NCBI GenBank assembly: GCA_009103225.1
Contig: RHPI01002990.1
Coordinates: 250,223 to 314,222 of the forward strand
Source of the DNA: Chlorokybus atmophyticus
Taxonomy: Eukaryota > Plantae > Mesostigma and Chlorokybus algae
Length of the DNA: 64,000 bases
Direction: 5' to 3'
In this document: positions 13,001-27,147 of the stretch, piece by piece
Numbering within the stretch: position 1 is the stretch's first letter
How the letters are laid out: each line of letters opens with the position of its first letter
Translations under genes and position numbers: made by a program
Notes under the pieces: generated by a model
What the model was told of the DNA's origin: nothing
The model's database searches: none
Seen by the model: the letters and a program-made list of their open reading frames with translations, nothing else

Positions 13001-15724
13001 ATGGCTTGCTGGGTAGTGCTGTTGACGAGCCGCAGGCATGATGCTGTGACCTGCGCGGAGACAGTTTTAGCCTCAAGTGCCAAGTAACACAGTAAAATAT
13101 TACATAGTAACAATCTGCATGCACAGCTGTACAAGTGCCTAGCTGTGGCAACATACCTGCACAATCTGGTCATACAAGACGTTGCCGCAGAAGAGTGTCT
13201 GCGCATCTGAGATAAACCCAGGGACCTCAATGTCAGCCAACTCTTCATCAGCATCAATGGCCAAGATATGGGTTTCGGTGATGAAGGTCACCACAAGGTA
13301 CGTGTCATATGCATCCATCAAGGACGACCGAAGCGACCACATGCCCTTGATACCAGGCAGTTCCACCGACGCCTGCTTAGTAACAAGCATGAATCGAGGG
13401 CATGCACAGTGGCAGACACATTATATCAGGTCACACAAGTGCAAACCAAGGCATACTTGCTCATTGATGCCTATGCCATTGCGCACAATGCGGAGCGACC
13501 CATCCTTGAAAGCACCCGAGCATGTCACAATCTGTCCCTGCCCTGTGAAGCACCACACCCGTCTATGATTGGATGCATAATGTGTGCAGCTGCATAGACA
13601 ATGTGCATGATGTGTACCTTGTCTTTCAAGATCAACAACACACAAGTCAACAATCGGGCCAAGGTTGACAAAGTTTTCAAGGACTTCAACGAAGCTGCCT
13701 CGTGCGTCGGCTGTTGGGTTCAACTTGATCAGTTGCGAGTCACCAAATGATGAACCCACGAATACAACACCGTTGTCCAAGTACGAGAGAGTAGAAGCTG
13801 CAGATGTTTCCCCCAACGTTTCCAACTTCAACCCCAACACCTGCGCATCTCAGCGTGAGCATTGCATCGCATTGATAAGCTCAGCACAATAGACTCCATA
13901 TGATACGCATTGGTACTGGTAGCATACCAACCTTGCTGTCATCATGCAGCAAGACCAGAAGCAACAGAGTGCCCATGTTATCGCTGAGTAGGTAGCGAGA
14001 GCCATCTACATCCACGCGTCCATAAGCGCGTGTGACAGTCTGGTGCATAGGGATGGCCTTGAATGATGTCCCATTGTGATACATGAGCGTCTGTTCGCCG
14101 ACCACAATTGCACCACCCAAAGGCATGGGGACAGGTATCACAAGCCCAGCACCTGACCAGAGAATCCACAGTCAGCGACAGGGCTTTGTTTTTTGTTTGG
14201 GTGTCTGTAACCCCACTGCCACCAACAGCTTCTGCTTTTTGCATGCAATGAGTCAGTTGAGTGACCTGCGTCCAGGTTGCTCTGAAGCCAAGGACCTTCT
14301 CCAAAGTCCTTCTCCTTGAGCAAAACCTCATACGTTTTGATGTGCCGAAAGTCCTTTGTGTCTTGATACAGGACAGCGATAGTGGGTTTGGCACAGCCGT
14401 ACAGAAACTTGATGTCAATCACCTTCAAGCAAAGCAAGGAAAAAGAACAGCCTCAATGCATGCCTCAATGAGTGCCTCATTGGAAAACCGACCGGAAGAC
14501 AAGTACCTGCAACTCTTCCAACCGTATGTTGAAGGCTTCTCTAAGTTGGCCTTTGGGTCCAATTGGTATGACTTTAAACAGCCCATCATACAGATGGAGA
14601 CCAATTATGCGACACTCAGGGTCAATGATGCCAATCTGCAGAGCGCAGCAAACAACCAGCATGTTGGCGCTGATGCTTGTGTGGTTACATAACATACCAC
14701 CCAGCCATGCACATGAGAGGGTCAACAAACCTGGCCATTGTCGGTTGGCCGCCCGAGCCTATCAGGCACATCACCACTGGCTCTGTTCAAGAAGGGGGAC
14801 TGTATTACAACCTTCACTGCTACTGCATGTTGTTTACAACGTACTAATGCCACATGCAGTGTATACCTTGTGACCAGCTCCCCGGTAGCACTGTCGTAAG
14901 TCAACAGACACACTTTGTACCTTTCTGTGCACAAGAACAGAACGTCCTGTGATTCACCCTGCCAACGAGAAGCTGGTCAGCATGAGAGGGTCGTTGTCCG
15001 TGCATTCTCAAACTGCAGCAATACACATCAAGCACGTCAGGTATACCGGAGGGCGAAACAACTCCATTGTTGCTATTCGTCCATAAATTGGAACATCCAA
15101 CAACGGCTGCGAGGAAGAGCATGCTTAGAGAACGCCCGGAACCCCGCAATGTGGGTTGTGCGTGTAAATGTCGTAGCGTACAATATGCCAAGCTGCTATA
15201 TGAGCTGGCCACATACTGCGTCAAGCAAAACGGCAGCCACATCACAGCACAGCACATGCAGCAGATCAGACTACTCCCACCCAAACGAAGTAGCTCTACC
15301 TGCAGCCCTTGAGGCGTCAGGAGATGGATCTCAACCCTGGTGCATTTTCTGAGCAAGTCCGTCAAGGAACAAGCACGCTGCAGACACAGCAGAAGGAAAC
15401 AGCAACTGCACAGCATGCATGGCGGACGCAAGTATCACAACGTTGACAGCATGCCGGCATGCAATACCAAACTCAAAATGGTTTGTTGCAATGCGATTTA
15501 AACTAGCATTGCGCAATCAAACCAACCTCCGCATGCACAGCAGGTTGGTTGCTGTGCAGGCGGAGTATGATTTCATTGCACAATGCTAGAATTTGCTTGG
15601 AAATGTCTTTGAGAGGATACGCTACGATGAGATTCAGCTCATTAGGCGAGGTAAAGTTGCCAGTGCAGGAGTGCGTGACGTTGGTGGGCTTGTGCGCCGT
15701 GACAACATAATTCCACATCGACAT
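10059..15724 (-). CDS. DDB1: DNA damage-binding protein 1 (CUL4-DDB1 adaptor); multi-exon
   Basis: N-terminus [35 protein letters not shown]; internal [95 protein letters not shown]; C-terminus [15 protein letters not shown]...RIEEMARLH*. Confidence 0.98.
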
Positions 15725-15880
15725 GTTGGCGGCGGCAGACGAAAATGGCCACCGCCGCACCAAGAGAGTGTCTCTGTTGTTCAGCTCAGTGCTTGAGGCG
15801 CCAACGCCGACAACATCGCCCACGCCTGCGCCCACCTCGCCAACCAACGACGATTTCAACTTGAACTTTTTGGCAGGAGC

Positions 15881-15889
15881 AAACCCTAA
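15881..15889 (+). promoter_or_regulatory. Telo-box (AAACCCTAA) in the DDB1/SWIB divergent promoter
   Basis: Exact motif between the two divergent start codons. Confidence 0.55.
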
Positions 15890-16251
15890 TCTGCAAGCAA
15901 TAGTAACCATCGGATCTGATGTGCAACAACAAGCACCGTGCGATAAGGCACAATTAACAATGCACGCACGCACGCTGGAGTTAGCGCATAGCTGCAGGCA
16001 GTGCTGCTGGCGTAGCTGCGGGCATTGCTGGTGTGGTTGGAGGAGACAGGCGAAGGAGAGTTGCGCTTGTGCGTCTGATATTCTTTCCGTTTGTATGCTT
16101 AGCCTGGCTGGTGTTAGTGGTGGTAGATCGCAGGCATTAGGTGGCAGGAGTGCGGTTAAACACATGTTCTGGGCTGGCGTTCCAGGCTGCTGAGCTTTGG
16201 CTCAGGGAACGCTCAGCTAAGCTTACAAGCTTGAATTGAGGCCCAGCAGTG

Positions 16252-18160
16252 ATGGTCACCGATGAGCAGCTCACAGCTAGCCTCACGAAGCTGCTGGACG
16301 GGGCAGATCTTGAAGTGGTGACAGCCAAGAAGGTGGGATTCACGTACTTCTTGATGTGCTTGCATTCTTACCAAGCTCGTCCTTATTATCACACATGAAC
16401 GACAATCAGTGCACGACAATTGAGTTGCAGGCTGTCTCTAGATGAGTCTAACATGATGAGTTGTTTACTTCATGAAGCTTAAGGACGATTGCCACGCACA
16501 GGTTAGATAGGGCGCAGTGTGCCATTACATAGGGTGCAGTGTGCCGCAAGCATAGTTATTGGGGGAGTGTAGAAATGTTGGGTTGGCAAGTTGTTTTCCT
16601 AGAGCGCAATGACAATCTTGCGTACTGCGAGCAGCTTCGCAAGCATTTGGAAGAAGAGTATGGGCTGGATTTGACGGACAAAAAGGCGTTCATAGCAAAG
16701 ACGATTGATCGGATCTTGTCTGAGAAGCAAGCAGAAGAGGGTGATGGGGCGGAGGAGGCTGAAGTCCCTGACAGCGAAGTGCAGGCAAGTGTGTGCTGCA
16801 TTGTTTGTCAGCTCAATATGTTGCAGCGACCAAATGTGCAGCATTTGCACAGCTTGACACAGTTTGTTACTAGTTGATCTCAACGTGCAGGACGGCGAGG
16901 AAGGCTCTGCCGAAGAAGGGGATAACTGGGATTCCAAGCGGTTGACTCGGCGGATAGATCGGGCTCTGAAAGAAAGGTATACGCTTCACGCCATTGGTTG
17001 AGTAAGCAGTACATCACATGTTTGGTGGCAACAAGGGCTGCTGATGACAGTGCACCCAAGAAGGAGCGCACTGGCGGCAAAGGCGGTTTTTCTAAGCCTT
17101 GCAATCTGAGTCCTGAACTGCAGAACTTTTTTGGCGAAAGACAGCTCTCAAGACCGGAGGTACAGGCTGCTCCAACATTATTTGTTCCCATGTGTCACGT
17201 TGGCAATGCGTGCGTATGCTGTCTTGCAGTTGAGATGTGCAATACAGACGTACACTTATGCTTTGCTTCTTGTGTAGGTGGTGAAACGCCTTTGGGCGCA
17301 CATCAAAGAACACAACCTGCAGGATCCCTCAAACAAGCGCAACATCAACTGCGATGAGGCAATGCAAGCTTTTTTCCCGGCAAAAGTGACGATGTTCAAC
17401 ATGAACAAGTATCTCACCCGTCACGTGTTCTCGGGTGACCAGCCACCGGAGCCCAGTAAGCGGCTTTCTTTCTATTTCGTGCATGACACGCTCAGCACTG
17501 TTCACTTGATATATCATACACTGCACTGGATTGGCATGCATTGACTTCTCTCATCAGAGGAGGATAAAGAAGATGGTGGAGATGAAGATGAAGATGACGA
17601 TGATTCGGATGAACCTGCCCACAAATCGCGCAGCAGTAGCAAACGAAAAAGAGCAAAGGAGGCTGGAGACACTGCAGGAAAGGTACGCCCTAATTGTCAT
17701 GATAACAGTTGTGTTTCCATGCAATACAGCCATCATGCACGCGTGCGTAACGTGTGATTGTGCGTTCAGGCCAAGCGACCCGGAACCGGTTTTGCAAAGC
17801 CGCTGGGGCTGTCGGAACAGCTGTCACAGTTTTGTGGCGGAGAGCGCGAGCTGGCACGCCATCAGGTTGTCAAGCTTATGTGGGATTACATTAAAGAACA
17901 CGACTTGCAGGTGAGATGCGCACCCCTCTGGAGTAACATTGTTAGCCTGTTGCAGTTGTCCTCCTGTCTAGAGGCTTGCTCCATGACGTATGCATTTGGT
18001 CATGTCAGCCCGCCTCCAAGTGTTTGTTTGCGTCACACAGGATCCTCAAGATAAAAGATTTGTCATATGCGATCCCAAGATGCAGGCTTTGCTGGACGTT
18101 GATAGGTTTAGGAGTTTTGGGATGATGAAGCTGTTGTCTCCTCACTTCAGTAAACTTTGA
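16252..18160 (+). CDS. DEK-C plus two SWIB/MDM2 domain protein (UAF30/TRI1-like); multi-exon
   Basis: MVTDEQLTASLTKLLDGADLEVVTAKK...LRKHLEEEYGLDLTDKKAFI (DEK-C); GGFSKPCNLSPELQNFFGERQLSRPE-VVKRLWAHIKEHNLQDPSNKRNINCD (SWIB 1); GFAKPLGLSEQLSQFCGGERELARHQVVKLMWDYIKEHDLQ-DPQDKRFVICD (SWIB 2). Confidence 0.92.
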
Positions 18161-18537
18161 ATATCTCACCACAAAGCTTTGTCACAGCTGCACTGCTGGC
18201 ATGAGGTATGGGTGACAAGGCGGTTTGCACAGCTGTTATTACTACCTTCCACGCATTTTGTGTGCTGCATGTGTGCATGCTGTTAGACAACTCAGCCAAG
18301 TTAATGGGAGTGTTAGACACCAGTTCAGTGCAGTTCAGGACATCGCAGTCTGTCTAGTGCAATGCAGACAGCTGCTGGTTAAGCAAAACAAGTGCACGGG
18401 TATACTTTGGTCATGTCTCGCACTCCTTGTGGTTGAGAGCGATAGTGCCACACACAAACAATGCACTACTCCTGCAACACGCGCACGCGATGCTGCCGAC
18501 GGGTGTGGCACACGCACACAAGATCTGGCGCGGTGCA

Positions 18538-20206
18538 TCACACCTCCATCCGCAGCCTCTTGGCCACCTGGTCATCTACCACCTGGAAAAAGGGCTCGTC
18601 AAACACGTCGCTTCCCGTCTGCAGCGCCGCATCCAACACTGCAACAGAAGTGAGTAAGAGAAACAGCGCATGTGCGCATGTGTGTATGCGCGTATGTGTC
18701 TGTGTATGCAAGTGCGCACTTCCATGTGTGCATGAAGGTGCAAGTGCATATGCGCATGTGGCAGGTACAGAATGTTGGGCGTACAATGGGAGACATGGTT
18801 TGGATGATCTGTGCTTTGAGCGTACCAATGTTGTCAGTGTGATAATCGTTGTTGAGGGTGTTGTTGTCGCACAGCATGCGGCTGAGCAGTGCCGTGAGTT
18901 GGCTCGCAGTCCGGTCGCGGTTGTTGCGCGTGATGGTAAGGATGGCCGCTTCAGCACTGTTCTTTATGTCGTCCACCAGAGGGAGTTCTTGCCCGTGACG
19001 CACCCGTGGCAGCACCCCCAACACCTTTGCGTAGGCACATCATGTGTGTTGTGCACAAACGTGGAAACACAGTTGACGTCCAAGCCTTACATGTATATGC
19101 ACAAACACGCGTGTGTAAGCACACTTGATACAAGGCTTGCAGTTGTCATGTCTGCATCTCACCACGAGTTCGGGGTGCTGAACGAGGGCATTGACGTGTT
19201 CGCAGAACTTCTCGCTGCACAGTTGCATCCTACCAATCTGTAAAACCGAAGGTGACGCCACATGCATGCAGCAAGCTGTGTGCATGTGCATGTGACAAAC
19301 AATGCATGCATACCACTTCATCACCATGATATGCATGTGTGATGTTGTGATGCATGATGCTGGCAGTGACATCTGAGACTAGATATATCGCCAGGCAATG
19401 TTGTTATTGCATCGGCTGTTGTGTGCAGGTGTACCTCATCGACAATGTACAGCGCCACGCCCGGCTGTGGTGATATAGACGGCAACACCAACTTCTCGAA
19501 CTCGTCCTTCGCCACATGGTACCTCCCCACCTTGGGCCCAAACACGTGGCGAAGCCGGCACAAACATGCCCTTCTCCCATCCAAGGTAACTGTGCAGCCA
19601 TAGTCTCACCCACTAATAACATTCACGCAATGTTGCAATGTTGTATCAGACAACAATAGTGGGTCTGTCTGTCTGTTGTCTTACTTGCATCTTGGCCAAG
19701 TCTCTCAGTACCGTTGTCTCCCCTCAGTGTAATCGTGTAAAACCCACTCGCACGAATGCCGCTTGAAGCAAGAGCTTCCACCACATGCCTCACCAACCTG
19801 CATGCACGCATTGCGGGGGTGCATTTCTGCCACTCGTGTGTCCATGTCACGAGTTGGGTGCTGATGTGTGTATGTGTGTCTTTCGCACAAGGTGTTACTC
19901 ACAGATGGGCGCTGGATGACGCACGGAACACAGACTTGCAAGACTCTGTCTGGACTGTTTTTCGCTACGCACACCAGCAGCAGTGTTCAATTCAACACAG
20001 GAGTTGCATGCCTGCTCTTCATACGCATGCATGTGCGTGTGCATGTGCATGTGGTGCAGCCTGAACTGCATGTCATGCAACGCACAAACCCACCTTCAAG
20101 CCAATGACCAAAACCCCAGCAAGCACCCCAGCACTCACGTAGTCTTTCCTATGCCTGGTTGCCCCGTGATGAAGACGTTGACGCAGCCGGACTTCACCCC
20201 CTCCAT
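18538..20206 (-). CDS. NTPase_1 / THEP1 (NTPCR)-like P-loop nucleoside triphosphatase; multi-exon
   Basis: MEGVKSGCVNVFITGQPGIGKTT (Walker A), ASGFYT, GPKVGRYHV, YIVDE-IGRMQLCSEKF (Walker B; DEIGKMEL-like), LGVLP...LVDDIK, TITRNNRD. The C-terminal extension and stop position are uncertain. Confidence 0.85.
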
Positions 20207-21085
20207 TTGGCTCTGCACAAGGTGGACTGGTTGATGCGAGAGCGCACAAAGCTCAGCCCTGATCAGAAAATTCATACCATGGTTAGTTGAAAGAGAGCAA
20301 AGCGACAGACACCAAGAGCTGTACACATGCATCACACAGCCACCCTCTGGTGCAGGGGGCAAGCGCCCAGCAACAGCGGTTGCAGCAACTGCGTGTACTT
20401 GTGTATCTGTCGTTGTGTCTGCACTGCATGCATGCATGCAACACCGACTTTGACGAAGTAATTGCAACCAACGCCCAACCTCCAAGTCTGCGGACGCAAT
20501 GCAGCCACAGGTCAATCATCAATCAATCACTCGAGGCTGCCACAAACAGCAACACAGAACAAGGCCACGGATTCCTTCTGCCAAAGTGTATCTTTCCGCT
20601 CAGTATCCAATAATTAACTCTCAAACTACGTCACATTGCTCAGCATCTGACCTAATCATGCGGAGTTATTGGCCGTAAACGCCACTGCAAGAGCCCATCA
20701 ATCAAGCTGCTGCGTGCAGAGGCAAGGAGGAGGACTTTTCTTGTAGCATGCGGGAGTTTGACACATGCGCGCAAAGCTGATTGGCCCTTACCTTGTCAGG
20801 AGGACTTCAGTCAAGCAGGTGCAGCAACAGTATGCGTATCTTGGAGTCGGTCAATCTTCACCCTGATACACGCACACCAAGCCAGTGAGACCTATCAGTG
20901 AGCATGTTGCATGCCTCGAGCAAAGCAGATAGGAGGAGACAAGGCCGCTTGAGAGGAGCTGTCCCACCTCTTTGCAACATAAAGTGCAGCACTAAGACTC
21001 GGTAGAGGTGCAAGAGGAGTCCTAAGCAAGCAGCGGTGGTGCTGAACATGCACAGCAGTGCACACTTAGTCACTGCTGCAGGGCA

Positions 21086-21123
21086 TATCCTGTACACATC
21101 AGTGCACTGATGTGTACAGGATA
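21086..21123. repeat. Perfect 38-bp palindrome
   Basis: TATCCTGTACACATCAGTG|CACTGATGTGTACAGGATA, checked base by base. Confidence 0.97.
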
Positions 21124-22837
21124 CGCACGGTGTGCTGTTAGATATGCTTAGTCACTCTGCTCAACGGCATCCCATGCAGAAGTCAGCACATGGACATGCA
21201 ACACCAAAAGCACGAGCATGCATGCAAGTGGGCGTGCGTGTATGTGGCTGAGCTGCAGCATTGAACATTGGTGTTCCATGTTTAGTCCTGCATCTGCTGC
21301 TTCTGGGCAGCCCGGCATCCTCGACACTCCTGATCAACCTTTGCCGATCAAGCAACAGCGTGAGCATTGTTCACTGTCGTGGCCGCTTCTGTCATTGCCA
21401 TTGTGGTCGTTCAATCCCTCAATCCGCCTCCTCCATCGTATAACCCGCCTCCCTGTCAGACGCTAGCGCTGCTGATGAAAAAGCGCGAGTACGCCGAGGG
21501 CTCCGCCCACGAGGTATAGGGTAGCGGGGGATGACGCAGCGTTGTCTGTGCGACAGAAAGGGTGGCGGGGGAGAGGGAGAGCAGGAGGGAGGGAGTGGTC
21601 GTCTTTGGTGTTGCCGTGCTTGCCATCGCCAACAACAACGACTAACCCCGGCCCATGTGGGCAGGTATGCCAATGACTCTGTGCTAGTTTGGGCCTGTGC
21701 GTGTAGAGGGTAGCTAGACTGAGTAGGTAGAGCACATAGTCTAGCGGTGGTGGTGTGAATATGATGATAATGGTGAATGCTTTGTGCGTGTGCATGTGAC
21801 TGTAGCATGTGCAGCAACGGAGTGCGCATATACGTCAGCATATGTGATACAGCACCCCGTATACAAGATGCCTCTCTCGGCCCACTTCCGGAGCTGGACC
21901 TTCCCACAGGTACCCTGCACTGATGCCTCTGTCATTGCAAGTTGGATTGTTGCATCAAGTTCTCTCAGACGCACGCATGCAGACACGCGCGCATGTGAAA
22001 CTGCAACACCTCTACTATTATTGAACTACTGCTCACCCTTCTCAGGTGGCCGACTCGGCCACCTGGGAAGGGTAAACCTCGGCGGCGGTTTACAGGCACT
22101 GCGGTGGCGTGCTGTTTGCTGTGCAGCTGAGAGAGCCCCTGGGCGGCTTTAGTGACGGTTCAGCAGGCCATCAGCATCGCAAAGGCCGCATCATCATCGT
22201 CAACCCTTGCAACGAGGTTGTGGAGGACGTTACGTTTAGTCATAACTCAAAAGCCACCAGATGGTGTTTGTACTCCTTTGCAACCACTGGTTGGGTGCCG
22301 CAAAACGCAACGAGTTTCGGATTCTCCAAGATGGAGGAGCTGTCGACAATAGACAATAAGAGACAGCAATTGACGGTCTAGTTAAGTAGCAGGACGTGAG
22401 GTTCATTTAACCATGTGTGGTCCGCTTACAGTTGCACCAGATCAGTTAAGACGATTATGTGCATTGCAGCGTGCTCAGATGATGCCATCCTTGCCCACAT
22501 CAGCCACCCCGCGTACCTCTGTCTACTTCCACGGAACGGTCAGGCACAGCTTAGATTAGGTATCCATATCACGAACCCGTACCATCATTCAATGCCACCA
22601 CCATTGCAACCCTCGCAACAACTTCCAAACCATCGTAAATTTTGCATGCTTTGTTGAGCAGATATGATGTGAAGCTCTGCGAGCCAACTAGCAATGCATC
22701 AATCTCAGCCAGCACTACTCCCACGGACATGCATGCACGCACGGCATACTTGCATGTTGGCACACACATTAAGTAGTATACAGCAATGCGCTACTGCTAC
22801 AACGGTGACAATATGTTCACCCGCTACAGCGTTCACA

Positions 22838-25800
22838 CTACAACAGCATTTGCTTGGGATCGGACATGAGCGACGAAAAGGTCTTGAGAAAGCGGCCGGC
22901 TACTTCACCATCGATCGCCCTGTTGTCAGCCGATAGCGTTACGGTCATCCTGTCCACGGTTGCCGGCTCCCCTATGCCATCTGCCATATCCCTCCAGACC
23001 ACTGCTTTGTGGCCTTTTCCCACCGCCATGATGCCCGCCTGAAAAGTAACACAACGCATGCTGTTGGAACTTGGCATCTACAACAGCAAGCATGAATGGA
23101 GGCCTCACAAGCCAGCATCAAGCATTGGAGTGGAGGCCTAACAACCAACGCAAAGTGCATTGCTTTTCGACCTAATAGTGAGCACTCAGCATCTACCAGA
23201 CAACTGTATTCTTCGTGAGTGGAACAGGTGCACACAACAATGGCTGCGCTTACTGCACTCTGAGCCATGTCTGCAACCACCAATGCACCTGAGGAGGGTT
23301 GATGATAGCGGAGAAGTAATCAACGGGATACATGCCCAGGTTTGAAATGGTGAAAGTGCCTCCTTGGAACTCGTGAGGCTTCAACTTGTTTGCTCGCGCC
23401 CGTGTTGCAAGATCACGCATCTCTGCACCACAGAGACACGAAATGACATGTTAACTAGTTCTGACAGTCCTGTTCACAGCAGCACAATACACACGTTGTG
23501 TTTTGCATGCACACCTGCTGAAATGGCTGTGAGTGTCTTCTGGTCGGCGTTTTTAATTATGGGTGTGATCAACCCATTGTCTGTGGCAACAGCAACAGAG
23601 ACGTCCACAGACGAAAACGGCTTTGTCTCTTCTGCTTTCACATCCCAGAACACGTTGGCCTCCGGAACAGCCCTCAGTGCCAATGCTACAGCCCTGATGA
23701 CAAAGTCATTGACAGAAACAGAGACCTGCATGGCACAAAAGCAGAAGTTTCATGCTAATCATAGATGGGGCTAGCAAACTCACACAAACAACGTGCAAAG
23801 AATAGCTGTGCACTACACATGAACGAACCACAATTTGCAGGCAACAATGCACTTTAAAACTCCAAACGCGCACTCGGATGCACACATTGGCCCAATCACA
23901 GATACTTGACAAACACGCTGATGACAAGTTGGCACCTGTTGTTCCTTGAGCTGTTTTCTCAGCGCCAACAGTGCGCTGAGCTCAGCATCGGCGGTGATGT
24001 ACCAGTGCGGGATTGTTTGCTTAGACTCCAACAGACGCTGTGCAATGATCTTGCGGATCTGCGAATTGGGTAAGTCTTCAAACTCGCCCTGGTCGGACGC
24101 TGGGACTGGCTGTGCGCGGGATTTAGCTGGAGGCCTTGAGGAGGAGGGTTGTTGTGGCTTCTCAGGTTGTTGTTGTTGTAATTGTTCTTTTTGTTGTTGT
24201 GATGGTGAGCTGGATTCTGATGAGTTGGGCGCAGACTTGGCTTTGTTGATGGCTGCCATGGCATCTCCTTTGGTGATCTACATGCGAGTCCACTGATTGA
24301 TACCATCAATGCAAACACTGACATCCCCTTGCGAGTGAAGTGCGTCACAACAGGCCACTTGTCACCTAGCAGCAAGAACAATAATCAGATCTGAAACTAT
24401 CATCATGCAAAAAACCTACCTCTCCGTGAGGGCCACTGCCTTTGATACTGCTGAGCGACACATTGCTGTTCATCAACAGCCTTCGCACGGAGGGCCATAT
24501 CTTGCCTGGCAAAATTGGTTGTTAAGAAACATACTTGACATCACAAGCAAGTCTATTTGCTACATGTACCTGCATAGTTTTCGTAATCCTGAGCAGGAGC
24601 TGATACTGATGATGATGAAGATGGCTGCTCATCGCCAGACTCCTCAAGGACGGCTTCATACCGTTCGTCAGGTTGAGACTCTGACTCATCAGTGAAGTCC
24701 TTGAAAGCCGCAACATCATCTTCGTTCTCGGCCTGGCAATTGCGCAAATTGAGCAGTGTTGGGGTGGACATAGCCCTCGCATACGCACATACAAAACAAC
24801 TACCAAAATGATACATGTGGACTGTATGTTTACCAAAATGGCAAGGAGAGTGCCCACAGGTATGTCCTTCGTTCCAGAAGCAACCAGAATTTTTGCCAAG
24901 TACCTGAGGGCAATCAGCAACTACTAACCATGCAACGCGATGAATGGCACGCAACGCACAGTCTCTGCTGTTGACTTACCCATCTTCTTGACAGTCAAAG
25001 TCCACTGTGGCCTTGTCTGTTTCAACTTCCGCCAGCACATCTCCAGCATTGATCTGCAGCACAACTGGCATCACTCACAGACTGCATGTGTGTTTGTAAG
25101 CAGTACACCCTTCACGTTGGAAACATCAAGTGACCTTGTCTCCCTCTTTTTTACTCCAAGCTCCAAGATTTCCTTGCGTCTGTGAAGTGAACACACAGTC
25201 ACACAGCACGTCAAAGCCCCAATGCAACATGCACAGCATGCATGCACGTTGTCACATACCATTGTTGGCGACAGTGCTGGCATCTGCATCTTTTGGTGCG
25301 GTGGGTATTCTGCACATGGGACGTGTTGATGGCTCAATACTTGCTCCGAACAGCAAAGCTCTTCAATATGTGTCTACGCATGTCTATGCTGCGTCCACGC
25401 AAACCTTTGGCTGGGGACTTGGGAGATTTCTTCTCGGGCGTAGCCTTGCTGCTTTGCTCACTCTGTGCTTTGGGTGATGGTGCTTTGTCTGTGGAGGCTG
25501 GCGTGGATGCGGATGCCATGTAGTTTTTGAACTTGGGGACATCGTCAGCATTCTCAACCTAAGCATGCAAAGAGCTAAGAACATATCGTCTCTCAGTGCT
25601 TCTGTGACTACATGCATGCAAGGTGCCAACCACGACAGGATGTGCGCACATAGATGCGCGTACGCACGGACACGCATGCACACGTACGCGCACATACCAT
25701 GATGGCAAGGGGCTGGCCAACAGCGATATCTTTGCTCCCTGCTGGCACCAGAATCTTGGCCAGATAGCTGCACAGGAGAAGAGAGCCAGTGCCAATGAGC

Positions 25801-27009
25801 AACTGGTAACACTTCTACTGTGACTGATGCCATGCCAGTGAACAACCAAAGCGTGTACGCACTCAGCAATAGTTGCTCGCATACACGCAAACAATAACAC
25901 ATAGCTGTGTGACACTTTCGTCATACCCATCTTCCTGTGAGTCAAACTCAACGGTGGCCTTGTCTGTCTCTATTTCCGCTAAAACATCACCAGCATTGAT
26001 CTGTTTTGGGGAGGCACAAACGTGGTTGATTGTTTACAACAATGCACTTGAACAGCACAACAGTATGTGATGCTTGCAATGCAGTCTATACACACAACAA
26101 TTATACCTTGTCGCCCTCTTTTATAACCCAGTTGGCCACATTGCCTTGCGTCTGGTGCACACAGCCACGAGACACACAAAGAACTCATCAGCCTTGCCGC
26201 TGCATCAACAAAACGCCATCCTCTGTTTGAGCACAATGCATTACGCTGCCATGCATTAAGTGAGAGTCTGGCTTACCATAGTAGGGGACAATGCTGGCAT
26301 AGCCATTTCTTGGTGAGGAGGGAACTCATCTGTGGCAATCCCGCGACTCAACACCTGTTGTCAAACAAAGTTGTCTTGCACATGCACACACCCACGTACG
26401 TGTGCGCGCATGCGTACGCACTCACACTTGCATGCGCATGCACGTACATAACAATCAAGTCGCAGAGCATTGCGCTTACCCTTGATACCAATTGACGGTG
26501 CAAATGTTGCCATTCTGTGTGCGGTCTGCATGAGCAGCAGACATCTCAGTGTCACGCTTGTGTACACAATGCCAATGCAACAACCGCATGCAAGAGACGA
26601 TGAAGGGACAAGTTGATAATAATTGCATAAGTTGCTCAACATTGCGACCACGCATGCTGCATGCGCTCACGAGGCAAACAACACAAGCATCGTGTAACAA
26701 ACTGTGTGCACATACCTCAACAGTGCGCCTTTGTGTAAAGGAGCATTCTGCCCGGTGCAAGTGACAAGGTAACGGCAGCTTCTGCATTGCAACGACAAAC
26801 CTAAGCTTCAAAGCTGCTACCGGACGGGCGGCATGCGCACACTATCATAAGTAGGATGTTGCAGTTCTCAATAGGAGGCAACATGCATGCACAGCAGACC
26901 AGAAGGCAACAACCACCCTGCACCTGGGCAAGCTGCTGCTGCAGCGAGGCAGCCTTCGCCGCAGAGCTGCGGCAGCTGCGGCGGCGGCGGCGCGTCCCAG
27001 TGACGCCAT
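22838..27009 (-). CDS. DLAT: Mitochondrial pyruvate dehydrogenase E2 (dihydrolipoamide acetyltransferase), two-lipoyl-domain form (LTA3 type)
   Basis: Presequence [22 protein letters not shown]; two MPALSPTM lipoyl-domain starts (about 26300 and 25270), each followed by an EIETDKATV-type and a [13 protein letters not shown]-type segment; [28 protein letters not shown]; [15 protein letters not shown]; [18 protein letters not shown]...DPKQMLL*. Confidence 0.95.
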
Positions 27010-27082
27010 AGGCGCAGACCACGCCCGCCGCCGCCCTGCTGCGCACCACCACCGCCTACACCTACGCCACCTGGCACTTTTG

Positions 27083-27091
27083 TTAGGGTTT
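27083..27091 (-). promoter_or_regulatory. Telo-box in the 138-bp DLAT/NAD-binding divergent promoter
   Basis: TTAGGGTTT on + (AAACCCTAA on -) between ATGs at 27009 and 27148. Confidence 0.55.
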
Positions 27092-27147
27092 TGAACTCGA
27101 GGACGGCATTGTTGCTGTGGTCGTCGCTGTCGCTATCATTGTCAGCG

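Noticed and set aside
21300-22381. Protein-like frames interrupted by TGA/TAA (ALFTVVAASVIAIVVVQSLNPPPPSY...; VADSATWEG*TSAAVYRHCGG...), considered as selenocysteine, readthrough or an altered code
   Set aside because: All identified genes use standard stops, one interruption is TAA, no SECIS or recognisable family is evident, and no consistent splice model was found. It is an unresolved pseudogene or UTR at best.
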